Source: Hormiphora californensis | Lineage: Eukaryota; Animalia; Ctenophora | Direction of reading: 5' to 3' | Assembly (NCBI GenBank): GCA_020137815.1 | Contig: CM035360.1 | Span: 1,922,001 to 1,986,000, forward strand | Length of the DNA stretch: 64,000 bases | Shown: positions 27,986 to 40,255 of the stretch, piece after piece | How the letters are laid out: every line of letters begins with the position of its first letter | Position numbering within the stretch: position 1 is the stretch's first letter | Translations under genes and position numbers: made by a program | The notes under the pieces: generated by a model | What the model saw: the letters and a program-made list of their open reading frames with translations, nothing else | Databases searched by the model: none | What the model was told of the DNA's origin: nothing

Positions 27986-28943
27986 GCTGCCTATGGGATC
28001 TTTACAAGCGTTGGGCTTCACCCAGAGAAAAGTTGACAAGATTAGGTCATGAAACTTCATACTTGGACTATTCTTTACCCTCATTCAAGGTTCCTGGGGA
28101 TTTTGGAGTTCTAGCACCCCCGAAAGTGTGATTTTGGCATCAAAACTACCAGAAGGAATTTTCTGCTATAGTACTACAAGTATAAAATAGTATCGACAAG
28201 TTTGTCAGGCAAATTAAAAATCGCACTTTACTGTTTGTATAAAAAATAAAAATAGGTGTCAAATATGTACTTTTAATTTCCCATGCCAGGGTTAGATTAT
28301 TATACTGCCGGGTGCCGTTAAATCTGGGTCCGACTGTAGCGTTTTTATTGGGTTCTTATCCATTAATTTAGGTCCTCTAAAGATTATATTGGCTATGTGC
28401 CAAATGAGTGCAACGTAATGTAAATTACTAACACTTCATGTTCGCCTTTTTAAATTCCGAACACAAACTTTCCTTGTGTTTTACTAAAACCTTTACGATA
28501 TTATATGCAGTCTGAACCCCCGATTTACCAGAGCATCCAGGTAAATCGGGGTCCGACTGTATAATACATTTTATGCCACTATCCGGCCAAGTTTAGAAAA
28601 ACTTAAGCGCATTGGAAACACTAACAGGAAGTCAAGCTCACTTCATAGAGCTGTGGATTTTGGAATTTTCCGTTGGAATAGAGCACCTGTTGACCCGAAT
28701 TCCCACACTCTCCCTCACCCAGGAGCACCCCTCTCACCCGCTGCACAAACCCGCACGTGCAACCTCCCATACCCCTCCCAGGGCACCTCCTTGGTAACCC
28801 CCGTCTATTTGCACGTGTACTTTATAATTAAGGATCTTCTGGGCCTGACGCAGAATGTATCACACATATCAGGTCTCTTATTGTAACAGGTTTGTGATAT
28901 ATCAGGGTGGTGCAGTGATGATAATGGAAGTGTTTCCCATACA

Positions 28944-31900
28944 TCACGTGGGCAGCACTTCTTGTTTCTGAGATTCAGTGTTCGTATGCTCTACATTTCT
29001 ATTCGTATGCTCTACATTTCTATTCGTATGCTCTACAGTATTATTTGTGTGCTCAACAGTCGCATTTAGTAGAATCTGCATCAGGTTTGTTCGGTTTGCA
29101 ATCCGTGATTTGGCTCTCCTCATCTCATCAAAACTACCCTCCAGTTTTAGATCTTGTTCCACCCTTTCCATGTCTATCTCAGCTGAGGAGACATTGTTAT
29201 CCGGGTGAGATAGAGAGAGAGAGAGAGAGAGAAACTTAGAAGAGAGTGGAAATGCTATAGGAAGAAGCCTGGTAAAGTGATTTGGAGAAATGATGGGAAA
29301 TCGTTAGAACCATCCGATACCCAAAACCAAATTCCGAACAGACGGAAAAGATAAACAAAGTGATTTCATAAAACCAAAATTGTGGCCGGTCTTGGATAAG
29401 CAGAGGCCATATAATAAGTCAGACGGAACTAGGATAGAGAGGGAGAGAAAGATAGAGAGAGAAAGTGGACGAGTGAATGAGAGATCGATGGCATACATCT
29501 CTGAGGGCGCTTTAGATAAACGGTAAAATAAAATTTACCTAATCGGAGTTTCTCCCAGGCGACATGTCGGTTACAGTCTCGTTTAGGTTTAGTACAAACA
29601 TCCCCCTCCACAGTTATTACCTGTCCAGCCAGCGGACATCCACAAATTCCATCGTGCTCCTCCTACAGGGGGGGGTTGTTATGGTAACCAATAGGTAGTT
29701 ACCACGGTAACCTAAGTAGTTTCTATAGTAACCTAAGTAGTTATGGTAACCTGGTCCTGTAGATTACGGAATAGAAGCTGCATTTGCTTTACATTTGCTT
29801 TAAATCACCAGATTCTAACATCCATACCTTTTCCTTGTTATGGTCAGGACACAAGACTCTCAACTTTTTGCAGTAAGTTCCCTGCTGCCGGTCGTATGCA
29901 TCACACACAGGTGATTCCCAGGTCACGTGACATTTTACAGTGCTGCCCCAGCTCAACTTAGCTTCAAACTGTGGGGTGTTTTAAATCAAGGGAGAGGAAA
30001 TAATAATTGCCAGCAATTGTTTGTCCTCCATGGCTACCATGGTTACCATAGTTACCTTGTTATAGCACCGCTCCATGTGGCGAACAGCGTTCTTGTCCGT
30101 ACACACAACACCACAGATAACACAGTCTATCTCTTCCGTCTCGGTTACCTGAATCAGAGATTTACTATGGTTACCATGGTTACCTGTATCAGAGTTTTAC
30201 CATGGTTACCTGAATCAGAGTTTTAATATGGTTACCATGGTTACCGGAACCAGAGTTGTATAATGGTTACCATGGTTACCTGTATCAGAGTTTTACCATG
30301 GTTACCATGGTTACCTGTATCAGAGTTTTGCCATGATTACCATGGTTACCAGAATCAGAGTTTTACCATGGTTACCATGGTTACCGGAACCAGAGTTTTA
30401 CCATGGTTACCATGGTTTCCTGTTCCACTGAACAACTGTGGTTTGACCTGCTCTATTCTTCTCATATAATATGCATGGACCGATGAACAAAAGCAAAAGA
30501 TTTGAAATGAGTTCTATCATTGAAATTTGTCCCATTCATTTTCTGGTAAGCTCTTTCAGTTGTCCACCCAGCACAGCTTTTTAGTAATGAGTGATTGATC
30601 ACATTTCACTTGATTTTGAGCGATTCATCATATCAATTGGTGAAGAGTATTAAAATGATTAATTCAACTGTGGTATATATTAGTAGCCCCCCCCCCCCCA
30701 CCACCATCATGTGATGAGGGGGTCTCATCATTTTCGGGTGAGGGGGCAATTGAATTTATTCGTCAGTTCGAGGAAGTCGGAGAGATATGATGTCAAGTTA
30801 TTATAGGGGATTTACTCATTATTATTAGCGCCATTTGTTAGATAAAATAGCCCTAATAATTAATAGTATCTCCATTCTCCCTGTCATTGAACTAGGGCGT
30901 TATCACAAAAGCGATAATTACGAAACGCCAAATAATTCGAGATTGGATGGGAATAACCAAAAAACTGATAGAAAGGCTTTTGATAACCTTTACCAAAGGC
31001 GGAACAACTCTGTCAGAGCATTGGCCTGACCATATTCTCTGTTCTCAGGACCGCGGTCTTTGGCCTGAAGTAACAACTTACATTTTCCTCATCGCTCATC
31101 TCCACATCACTCCCCTTCTCCTCTATAATGGTAGACTTGGCACGTGCGATGAGGTTCATAATAACCAGTCTCTGTTGCTGCAGTTCATCCATCCGTTGAT
31201 GGGACACCTGTAATGGTTGAATTGTTCATACGGAGTTCAGTGTCAAGCGACTCAATGTAATGGTTGATATTTCTAACCATCATCGGGGCGAAGGGAGCGG
31301 GTAGAGTAGAGGATAGTTTATAATAATGAGAGACAGTTTGACAGGGTCCAGAATGGCATTCTATATATTATCATCTTGATAAAGCCCAATGTTGTCAATG
31401 AACACCCTGTGTAACAAACTCAAATATCCCCCTTGATCTAATATACCTACCTCCTGTTGTCTCTCAAGATCCTTGATAAGCACCTCATCGTGCACCCTAG
31501 CAGCACTTTGAGCAGCAGCCTTTCTATCGGGCAGGAAGGTTTTAATCCGTTTAACTGCCAGAGCTAACCCACACGCGTCAGAACAGTATCGGGATCTACT
31601 CCGAGCAGATCTCTGACACCCCGGTCCTATACACTGTTTTTCTTCCTCGTCAGAGAGATCTGAAGAGTAAATACATGACAATATGAGAACTGGGTGACAA
31701 GCCCCTGCTTTCACAAAAACATTGCTGTTACTAATATAAGATCAGGGTCACCAGACCCTGCTGGACCCTTTTTACCTCACATAGGGATTTTACATGAAAT
31801 GGCAGTATAATAATCACCTTTCTCAGCAACTGGGTCTCCTCCATGAGTTTGGCTGACACCCGACTTTTTCTTGGGTCTCCCCGGTTTCTTGCCCAACTTT

Positions 31901-34725
31901 TGAGAGGGTGGATGTTTCTTGGGCATGTGAATTTTGGTTGGTTTTGGTTTTTGGATAACTTCCTCTATCCCCACATCTAGTTCTTCGTCCTCTTCAGCCG
32001 AACTGCTGGATTTTCTTGGTTTGGCCTGCTTCGAGAGAGCACTGAAAAATAATGGGCTGTTCAGAGAAATTAAGAAACTAGAGATAATCAACTGGATCCA
32101 AGACCCCGATGTTGATAAGATTTGAGCGTGTGATTTGTGACAGTGTGAGTTGTGACACTGAAATAATGATGACCGGGTGAGGAAGAGAACGCGCGTGAGA
32201 GATCACCGCGCACAAAATATTCCTACAGGGTCGCGGCGCGTTACGACAATCACCTCAACATAGCCCCTCTTTGTGCGACATGTTGTGGCCCAAGAGTGGT
32301 TGTATTAAAAACTAACACAAGTCACAGCTTGCACTGCTAAAGTGTGTTTATTTAAACTAATGAATGTGCTTACTTGAGGAAGAAATTAAAATCAGCATCA
32401 TCATCGTCATCTGAGATCCTGGGAGCCTGAAAATGAGGTGTTTCAAAAATCAGACTGTAAATAATAAATTACAGTGTAAAAAAAATTTAAGAACATTTGG
32501 AACAGATACAGTGAAATGCTTAGTTACCGAATGCTTGCGTGAGTGTGTTCGTTTGCGGTGGTGTGATAACTTGACATTCTTTACCGTTGGTTTCTTTGCT
32601 GGTTGATGGTAGGTGGGTTGTGGTGGGGGATGTTGTGGTTCCGGTTGCTTCCTTACAACCCCATCATCCACCCTTTTCTTTTTTATCTTTTCATCAGGAG
32701 GAAGCAACATTGGTTGGAGAGTTTTAGCTTTCTTTTTTGGTTCACCACTCTCTACACCCTCCTTTCCGAGGTGTATTTTGGTAGGTTTTGGAGGCATAAT
32801 GGGAGCTACCACTGGTCTATCTGGTTGGTCTTTATTACTTGAAGTAGGTTTGGTTGGAAGTGGTTCTACTTTGGGAGCAACAGCAGCAGGAGATTGCTTA
32901 ACTGATGTTGGCTCTTGTTCCGGGGTTTCAATCGTGCTAGCTGGTTGTTTTGGTAACTTGTGTTCTCCTTTTGGTAACTTTGACTCTGTTTTGAGGATCT
33001 TGGAGTCTGTTTTGAGGATCTTTGACTCTGTTTTTGGCATTTTAGAGTCTACTTTCGGGATTTTAGAGTCTACTTTTGGGATCTTGGGCTCTCCTTTCGG
33101 GATCTTGGGATCTCCTTTTGGGATTTTGAAGCTCATCTTTTCCATATCTGGTATCTTGGGTATTTTTGGTTTGGAATCATCCCCACGTAACAGCGACTTC
33201 CTGAATTCCTCCCTTTTCGCTTGGCGTTCCTGAATCTTCTTCAACCTCCGTACCTCCTCCTTTTCTCTTTCTCTCTTTTTAGATTCTTTCGGTTTCCGCT
33301 CCCTATCACTTCCATCTGAATCACTGTCAAGAACCCGCTGTGGTTTTTTGATTTCTTTTTTCTTCTTTTCCTTGTGTCGGTGTTTGCTACCCGATCCTTC
33401 CTCGTCAACCCTTGGCGGTGCTTTGGTTTTCCAGACAGTCTTCAATGTTGAGTCTTTCGCTGTAAGAAGGGGGTTGGGGTGTTAGATTGAATATCATCTA
33501 GTAAAAATTTGGCCCGAGGCCAGCACCTAAATATGATGTAAAAAGGTAGTAGAGTCGATAAGAACACTCACCTCCTCCGATTTCAGTGAAACTTCTCACA
33601 TGCTAACATATGATAATGGAGGTACAAATACCGCTTATTTTAGGTCCGAAAAACTTTTGGTTCGTTAATTATCGCTAATTGAAAAACGCCAAAAATGGGC
33701 TAAAATGGCCCTTAAGGTGGATTTGAAATTTTGGAGTTGGAACTCCAGACTTCGTACAGGTGTCCGCTAGGATGCCAATATGCACCACAGGCGGGCTCAG
33801 GCCTAAATTCGTCCGAATTTTTGCGTAAGGCCGGATGGCGTGAATTTTGGTCACGTGATTTGGGCAAAAAATCAGTTTTTTGCTATTTGTGCCTTTCCTG
33901 CACGCCGGAGATGAAAAATAAGGCCATTTCCTCTCATTTATTTTTCTTTCTGCATCGATTAAGCAGGCTATGAACCTCCCTTACTTCAACGGTTCAGAAG
34001 TTAGAGTTTTGCAAAAAAAGAGCGGGAGACTAGATGGCGTCAATTTTGTAAGGCGATTTGTGTCTTTCCTGTGCGTCTGGGATGAAAAATGATGTCAAAA
34101 ACGTGTCATTTTCATCATATTCTGCATCGATTAAGCAGGTTATAAACATCCCTTACTTGAGCGGTTCAGAAGTTAGCCGAGGTCACGTGACCAAGATTTA
34201 CGCCATCCGGTCTTACGCAAAAATTCGGACGAATTTAGGCCTGAGCCCGCCTGTGGTGCATATTGGCATCCTAGCGGACACCTGTACGAAGTCTGGAGTT
34301 CCAACTCCAAAATTTCAAATCCACCTTAAGGGCCATTTTAGCCCATTTTTGGCGTTTTTCAATTAGCGATAATTAACGAACCAAAAAGTTTTTGGACCTA
34401 AAATAAGCGGTATTTGTACCTCCATTATCATATTTTAGCATGTGAGAAGTTTTACTGAAATCGGAGGAGGTGAGTGTTCTTATCGACTCTACTAAGGGGC
34501 CTATAATACCCTAACCATACACAGTACACACCCACTGAGCATAGATGTATACAAAGTGGACTGGTATGGGTATAATATACACGGTACCCACACATGAACA
34601 GTATAAAGTCATTGGGTCAACTTTCCAGAATGTTCGGCCCCACAGAACTTCAGCGGCGTGTAGTCTGTATACCATGTGTAAACATGGCAGGCCAGAGTGA
34701 GAGAGAGAGAGAGAGAGAGAGAGGC

Positions 34726-34781
<56 letters not shown>

Positions 34782-35429
34782 GAGAGACAGAGAGAGAAAA
34801 CAGTGAGAATTTTGGCAAAAATGCGGCGGTACACAACATCAACAATCTACCAAAGTTAAGCAAACATAGATACGAGTGTAGCCAGAGAAATGGCTGTTCA
34901 TGTTTTCCCACGCCAGCCATTTTCATTTATTTTCATTATGAGAGCAATGAGCATTATAAATGAAGCAAAATTCATGACGGTCTTCTTTTCCTTCCGATCC
35001 TCTTACTTATATTCTTCATTTTACCTATGCAGTTAGGACAGTAGTACTTTTCAATATCTTTAGCTTTATCGCTGGATACGTTAACACATGTCCCATGAAA
35101 CCATTCCTCACAACCATCACAAGCTATCATAAACCTTTTACCATAGGCACCCCTGGAAAGTTGAAATTTAGAATCAGTTGCTCAGTTGTGAGTTGCTCTG
35201 CCAAACCCTCACAGAGCGTACTCTTATCAAAATTCAGTGTTAGCTCCACAAAGAATCAGTAGGGGATGGTAAAAGTGGGAGAGATGAAAACCAAAACGGG
35301 GATTTGAGATTATAATAAAGACGGGGATATGTACGTGTATGAATGTAGTATGAACATGTTTCACCTGCAGATGCAGTATTTCTCCTCTTCTGGTACATTA
35401 CTCTCCACTGTTTCTGAAGTTAGGGACAT
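28944..35429 (-). CDS. CXXC1: CXXC1/CFP1 (Spp1) COMPASS subunit homologue, ~11 exons
   Basis: N-terminal PHD ([34 protein letters not shown]); [20 protein letters not shown]; RHMERCYNK; [13 protein letters not shown]; ICGCPL; [27 protein letters not shown]. All match CFP1 and the exon phases are compatible. Confidence 0.92.
30143..30425 (-). repeat. ~35-bp minisatellite (~8 copies) built from a CXXC1 acceptor junction
   Basis: Minus-strand unit GTAACCATGGTAACCATGGTAAAACTCTGATWCAG; the real junction is GATTCAG|GTAACCGAG at 30149/30148. Confidence 0.9.
33549..34492. mobile_element. 944-bp foldback-type element: ~310-bp near-perfect TIRs, TA-flanked, internal direct repeats; in CXXC1 intron 2
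   Basis: TA-GTAGAGTCGATAAGAACACTCACC... mirrored by ...GGTGAGTGTTCTTATCGACTCTAC-TA; the core holds two copies of TCTGCATCGATTAAGCAGG..CGGTTCAGAAGTTAG. Confidence 0.9.
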
Positions 35430-35741
35430 CACTGGTTCACTTGCCACCAACTTGATATAACTTGTTTCACTTTGTGGAAGTTAGGGACATCTAAAACAGT
35501 TCAAAAACTATGAGTTTCGATTGACAGAGAATGCAATAATATAATTTATTGAAGTGAAGAGAAACAAATCTTTTTAAAAGATATAAGAATTTACTTTTTT
35601 TCACTGACAAGCAAAGACACACAGATACCCCGGCTTGATTCTACACACGTGTGGTAATACGAAATGTCATCTCTTTTTATTGCAAAAAAATATTAACCCT
35701 TCTCTCTGTAACACGTAAGAGTCTGTCTCTGTCTCTCATTT

Positions 35742-37967
35742 TCAGTCTCCCGAACTTCCCTGGTATAATTCTGATCCCTCCTGTAGCTGTAGCTCCTCAA
35801 TCCTCTCCTCGAGTGTTTGGTAGCTCAGCTCAATGGGTGGGGAACTTGGATTACTGACCATCTCCGGTGGTGTTATGATCTCTGAACACTGATCCACCTC
35901 CTCATCCTCCTTCTCAATTTGAGAAATTTTATCCTTATCACCCCCGGTTGGAAGAGATATCGGGCTGTTAATATCCATCAGTACCTCAGGTAGAGACTGC
36001 CTCTCGTAGAACAAGAGGTAAACCTGTTGTCTCTCCAGCTCCTCTCTGGTAGCCAGTCTGACAGTGTCATCACTGGCATACAGCCAGTACTTCCCATCCA
36101 GCCTCCTGTACGTGACGTAGTGACCTCCACTGGCAGTACCATGATGGACAATAACACTCTTCAGACTGTAGTTTAACCCCTCTGTGAAGCCTGGGGGAGT
36201 TGTATCTTTAACAACATCGTAGGTTCTCACCACTTCGTAGTCTCCCACTGGCCGGCTCATGGCTGGTTCTTGTTCAATCACCTCCCCTCCCTCACACCGA
36301 GTCAAGAGTGCTTGGTAGGCGAAGAGGGTGAGATCGAGGGAGTCAATAGGGAAGGAAACGTGTTGGTTGTTCTTTGTCATACTCCCATCCATGAACTCAG
36401 TTCTGTTGATCTGGATACACAGACATTTCGGTGCTTTAGCGATCCTGACCACTTTCTTGAACTGGCACTTGGTAACCTCACCCCACTGCGCCGTGCAGCT
36501 CTCACACTCCACCCCACTCACTGTTTCAGGGGTGAAGTATGTGTTCAGCATATCCCTGAGAGAGTTGAATGACATCTGCATCATGCTGACACCTCCCTCC
36601 GAACTGAGGTGAAGGTTGATGTTATCGAAAGGTTCGATCCTCTTACTGCTCTCCATCCTGCATTCTAGACACTCCAGGGAGAGGAGGAATTTACCCTGAA
36701 CGGGCGCGGTAAAGAGTTGTTTCTCCGGGAGGAGAGACCGGCCCTCTCGTTCTATACAGGAGATGAGGATTTGGAAGGCTTCGTAGGCATCTTCTTGGGT
36801 GAAGAGGGTCTCAAAACCGTGCTCAGACATTGCAACGTGAACCTGCAGGTGGGAGGTACAGCATTTTAATGATTACGAATTAGTTTCATTAGAAAGTTTT
36901 AGTTTGTATAAAGAGGAAAGTTCGTGATTTCGATGCCACTATTGACTATTCAGCGCTATATGCCACTATTTGAGCTCTAATTCAGCGCTATATAATTACC
37001 TTTCTGAGAGAGGTCGACTGGGATCCATCAGTTGGCATTCGTAAGATCTTCATCGCTTCTAAGAGGGCACAGATAGCTGGTGCAGCTTCCCTTACCTCCT
37101 TGGGTACATCTCCATCCTCCTGAGGGTATAATAATTGGGCAATGTGCCAATAGTTGTTTCATTTTGGGTCGATAGAATATCGATATAACGGATAATAGTG
37201 ATACCCATGATAACTTCTGCAATACGTGCACGGGGATTAATTATTCAATATTACCCCGTTCAGGTATTACTAAGGTATTATTCTCTTACAGGTTCGAGTG
37301 CCAGGCGTTTCAGCCACGCGTGAAAGCTATCCACAGAACTAAGAGCCTGACTGACACAGTTGAGGAAGCAGTTATTGCCAAGGTTCTCTAAACTCGGCCT
37401 CAGATGTCCGTGACCTACCACGACATGCTACGTGACCTACCACGACATGGTACGTGACCTACCACAACATGGTACGTGACCTACCACGGCATAGTACGTG
37501 ACCTAACACGGCATGGTACGTGACCTACCGCGACATGGTACGTGACCTACCGCGACATGGTACGTGACCTACCACGACATGGTACGCGACCTACCACGAC
37601 ATGGTACGTGACCTACCACGACATGGTACGTGACCTACCACGGCATGGTACGTGACCTACCACGGCATGGTACGTGACCTACCACGACATGGTACGTGAC
37701 CTACCACGGCATGGTACGTGACCTACCACGGCATGGTACGTGACCTACCACGGCATGGTACGTGACCTACCACGGCATGGTACGTGACCTACCACGGCAT
37801 GGTACGTGACCTACCACGACATGGTACGTGACCTACCACGACATGGTACGTGACCTACCTTTTTTCCACTTCTGGTCCCCGCCCCATAGGACATATGCCG
37901 AGACAGCAGCTACTGCCCCTGTGATAAGAACACTAGAGATATGTTGTTTAACCAACTCCTGCAGCAT
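35742..37967 (-). CDS. USP30: Ubiquitin-specific protease 30-like, mitochondrial outer-membrane DUB, 4 exons
   Basis: N-terminal TM segment (SVLITGAVAAVSAYVLWGG), Cys box LENLGNNCFLN, QEDAYE, PKCLCIQINR, His box VIVHHGTASGGHYVTYRR..WLYASDDTV..YLLFYER. Confidence 0.9.
37409..37858 (-). repeat. 22-bp minisatellite forming the whole of USP30 intron 1
   Basis: Unit GTAGGTCACGTACCATGYCGTG x20 + GTAG = 444 bp (37858-37415). Confidence 0.95.
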
Positions 37968-38237
37968 CCTCTCTCTGTGTGTGTGAGGAACCTTCGTTTA
38001 CATGCTAACAGAGAGATAACAGATATGAAGTAAAGGGAGGCAATGAGGGGGGCAATGAGGGAGGGGCAATGAGGTGGAATTTAGTAATTTCTGAAGACGT
38101 TCAAAATAAAAGGCTTGTCAAAATAATAAGTTAGTTTCACTCTCGAAGATGGTTGTACAAAAACATAAAAAACGTCAGACAGCAACTCTCTTGCAGTTCA
38201 ATTCACCCAACCCAATCGCGAGTTGATTATTATAAAG

Positions 38238-38557
38238 CCCAATGGCACAGAAGTCCAAATCTTCCAATCCGGTTTTGACCGGCAGAATTGTAAAACCGGC
38301 AGAGAACCAAATCACTTTTCCCCAAAATTTTTCATTTTAATCATTCCGGATAGCCTCTAACAACTTTGTGTAAGCGGCGACACCTTTTAAATGGAGTTTT
38401 TAGCGCTAAAAACGCGCAATATAAAACGCGAGCAAAAACCGACAGAATATCAGGTATAATATTGGTAATATTTTACGATTTTTTCGGCAGAAACCGGCAG
38501 AAATCGGTCATCGGTTTTTTGACATTTCCGGCAGAATTGAAAGCGTGTGCCACTGGG
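38238..38557. mobile_element. 320-bp non-autonomous element with 8-bp TSD
   Basis: CCCAATGGCACA ... TGTGCCACTGGG flanked by TTATAAAG on both sides; internal CCGGCAGAA repeats. Confidence 0.75.
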
Positions 38558-38694
38558 TTATAAAGCACAACTCTCAACGACACTGATTTAAACCAAGTTG
38601 AATAGCGTCTCTTTCACAGCTCTCTAGGTCCATTCCTCCTAGGTCCTCTCTAGGTCCATTCTCTAGCTCTAGCTGAGAGATTAACCCTGAGTCC

Positions 38695-39519
38695 TCAATT
38701 AACGATGGTCTCGGCGCCTTCACTTGTCCATTCCTCTTCATTGACATCATATTCCATCATTGCTTCCTCCATCCTCAACCACTTTCCCATGAACCCCACA
38801 TCCACTATCCTATCCACATACTCCACCCACCGGGGGCTCAAGAACACCCTACCATACTCCTTACACTCGCTATCAATGAGTCTCTCGTAAACCACTGAAA
38901 ACAATCCGAAGGAACAGTACCCAAGGAGATTTAACGATTTTAACCGTTGGACTGTGTCGATATATTGTTGCGAGGATTGGTTCCGAACTCTCCGGTGGAC
39001 CAGAGAGAGACGATGGTGGTTGTGGAGAGAGTTGTGGTGGAAGTGTTGGTCCGATGGGTTCTTGTAGGACACATAACCGAGGGTGGATGCCAGGGAGGTG
39101 AGGAGGACTGATTTAACGGGGTTGGAGACTGCTTTTTGTCCTGAAATAGAAGAGGGTTGAATGAATGTGGGGGTTTCCAGACTATTTTATAACAGACAAA
39201 AATGCAGAATTCCTATTTATTTCCGTACAAAAAGACACAAAAAAGTACAACTAGGCCAATAGAAATTGTCGCCTTATTAAGATGGGGGTTTCGCCTGATA
39301 ATGTATCTTAAAGGAACCGACCGAAACAAGTAAACAACCAATCAGAACTCGTTATTTAGGTCACGTGACTGGTTATCAGCCAATCAGGGACCAGTATTTC
39401 CTGATTCGGTCGGTTCCTGGTATCTCACCTATTTCCACAAACACGTCTTTATAATCAACTACGGTGTTCCACATTGGTTTGTAGATGGCCTCCCCTATCC
39501 GCTTCAAGCGGGCAGCCAT
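38695..39519 (-). CDS. TIMM29: Mitochondrial import translocase subunit Tim29, 2 exons (39519-39429, 39140-38695)
   Basis: DYKDVF..NPVKS; VRNQSSQQYI; SFGLFSVVYE; PRWVEYVDRIVDVGFMGKWLRMEEAMMEYDVNEEEW, matching the Tim29 C-terminal signature. Confidence 0.85.
39311..39419. mobile_element. 109-bp hAT-like MITE in the TIMM29 intron
   Basis: TIR (C/A)AGGAACCGACCGA / TCGGTCGGTTCCTG; TSD GTATCTTA/GTATCTCA; near-identical copies at 50879 and 55750. Confidence 0.9.
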
Positions 39520-40255
39520 TTCAGCTAAGAGAGAGGGAGAGTGAGGGGTGTTTACTGTTTAGTTAATTATAGAATCGAGAGGGGGAGGGCTAGTAAGGAG
39601 GGAGGAAGAGAGGGTTGTTTAGGTTATAGAGACGGGGGATATTTTAGAGCCTAGGTAGGAGGGATTATTATGCACATTTAATTAGGTTTTACGGAAAACT
39701 ATTAACAAGGGTATAGGAAGGAAAATATGGAGTAAGAATTGGGTTTGGGTCTTGGGAATAGAAGCTGAGTGGAAACACGAAAAAGAAAACAGGTGTATAA
39801 TGATTGAGTAAACTTGATCAATTACAGTAGTTTATATTTACACACACAAACTTAATTACTTTCCAAAACGACAAACTGTTTATCAGAGAAAATCTAACAA
39901 CACACAAACAACCAAAGTTCCATACAGACAACGTAAATATATGCAATGTTACCGAATGGAAGTAAACTACAAATAATCTAAAAATAATAAAACAGCATAA
40001 GATAATTACGTAAAGCGTATAAAACTAAGTTTAGTAGCAAAAATATACATTATTTGTTAATCAAAATAAATCGCGATGGTAAACCGCATGGCCCCTAACA
40101 CGGACTGGCAACATATAAGCTGTTCAGAAGATGAAGAAGAGTTGCCACGATCATTCTTTAGTCCCTGAAGTTGAGACCCCCTACACCCAAGACGTGACCC
40201 CACACTAGTCCCTGAAGACCCCCTACACCCAGAAAGTATCCTCACCTCACCTACC

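Noticed and set aside
37409-37858. CRISPR-like regular repeat (also 24065-24532 and 54965-55259)
   Set aside because: No unique spacers and no cas genes; these are head-to-tail intronic minisatellites in a eukaryote.
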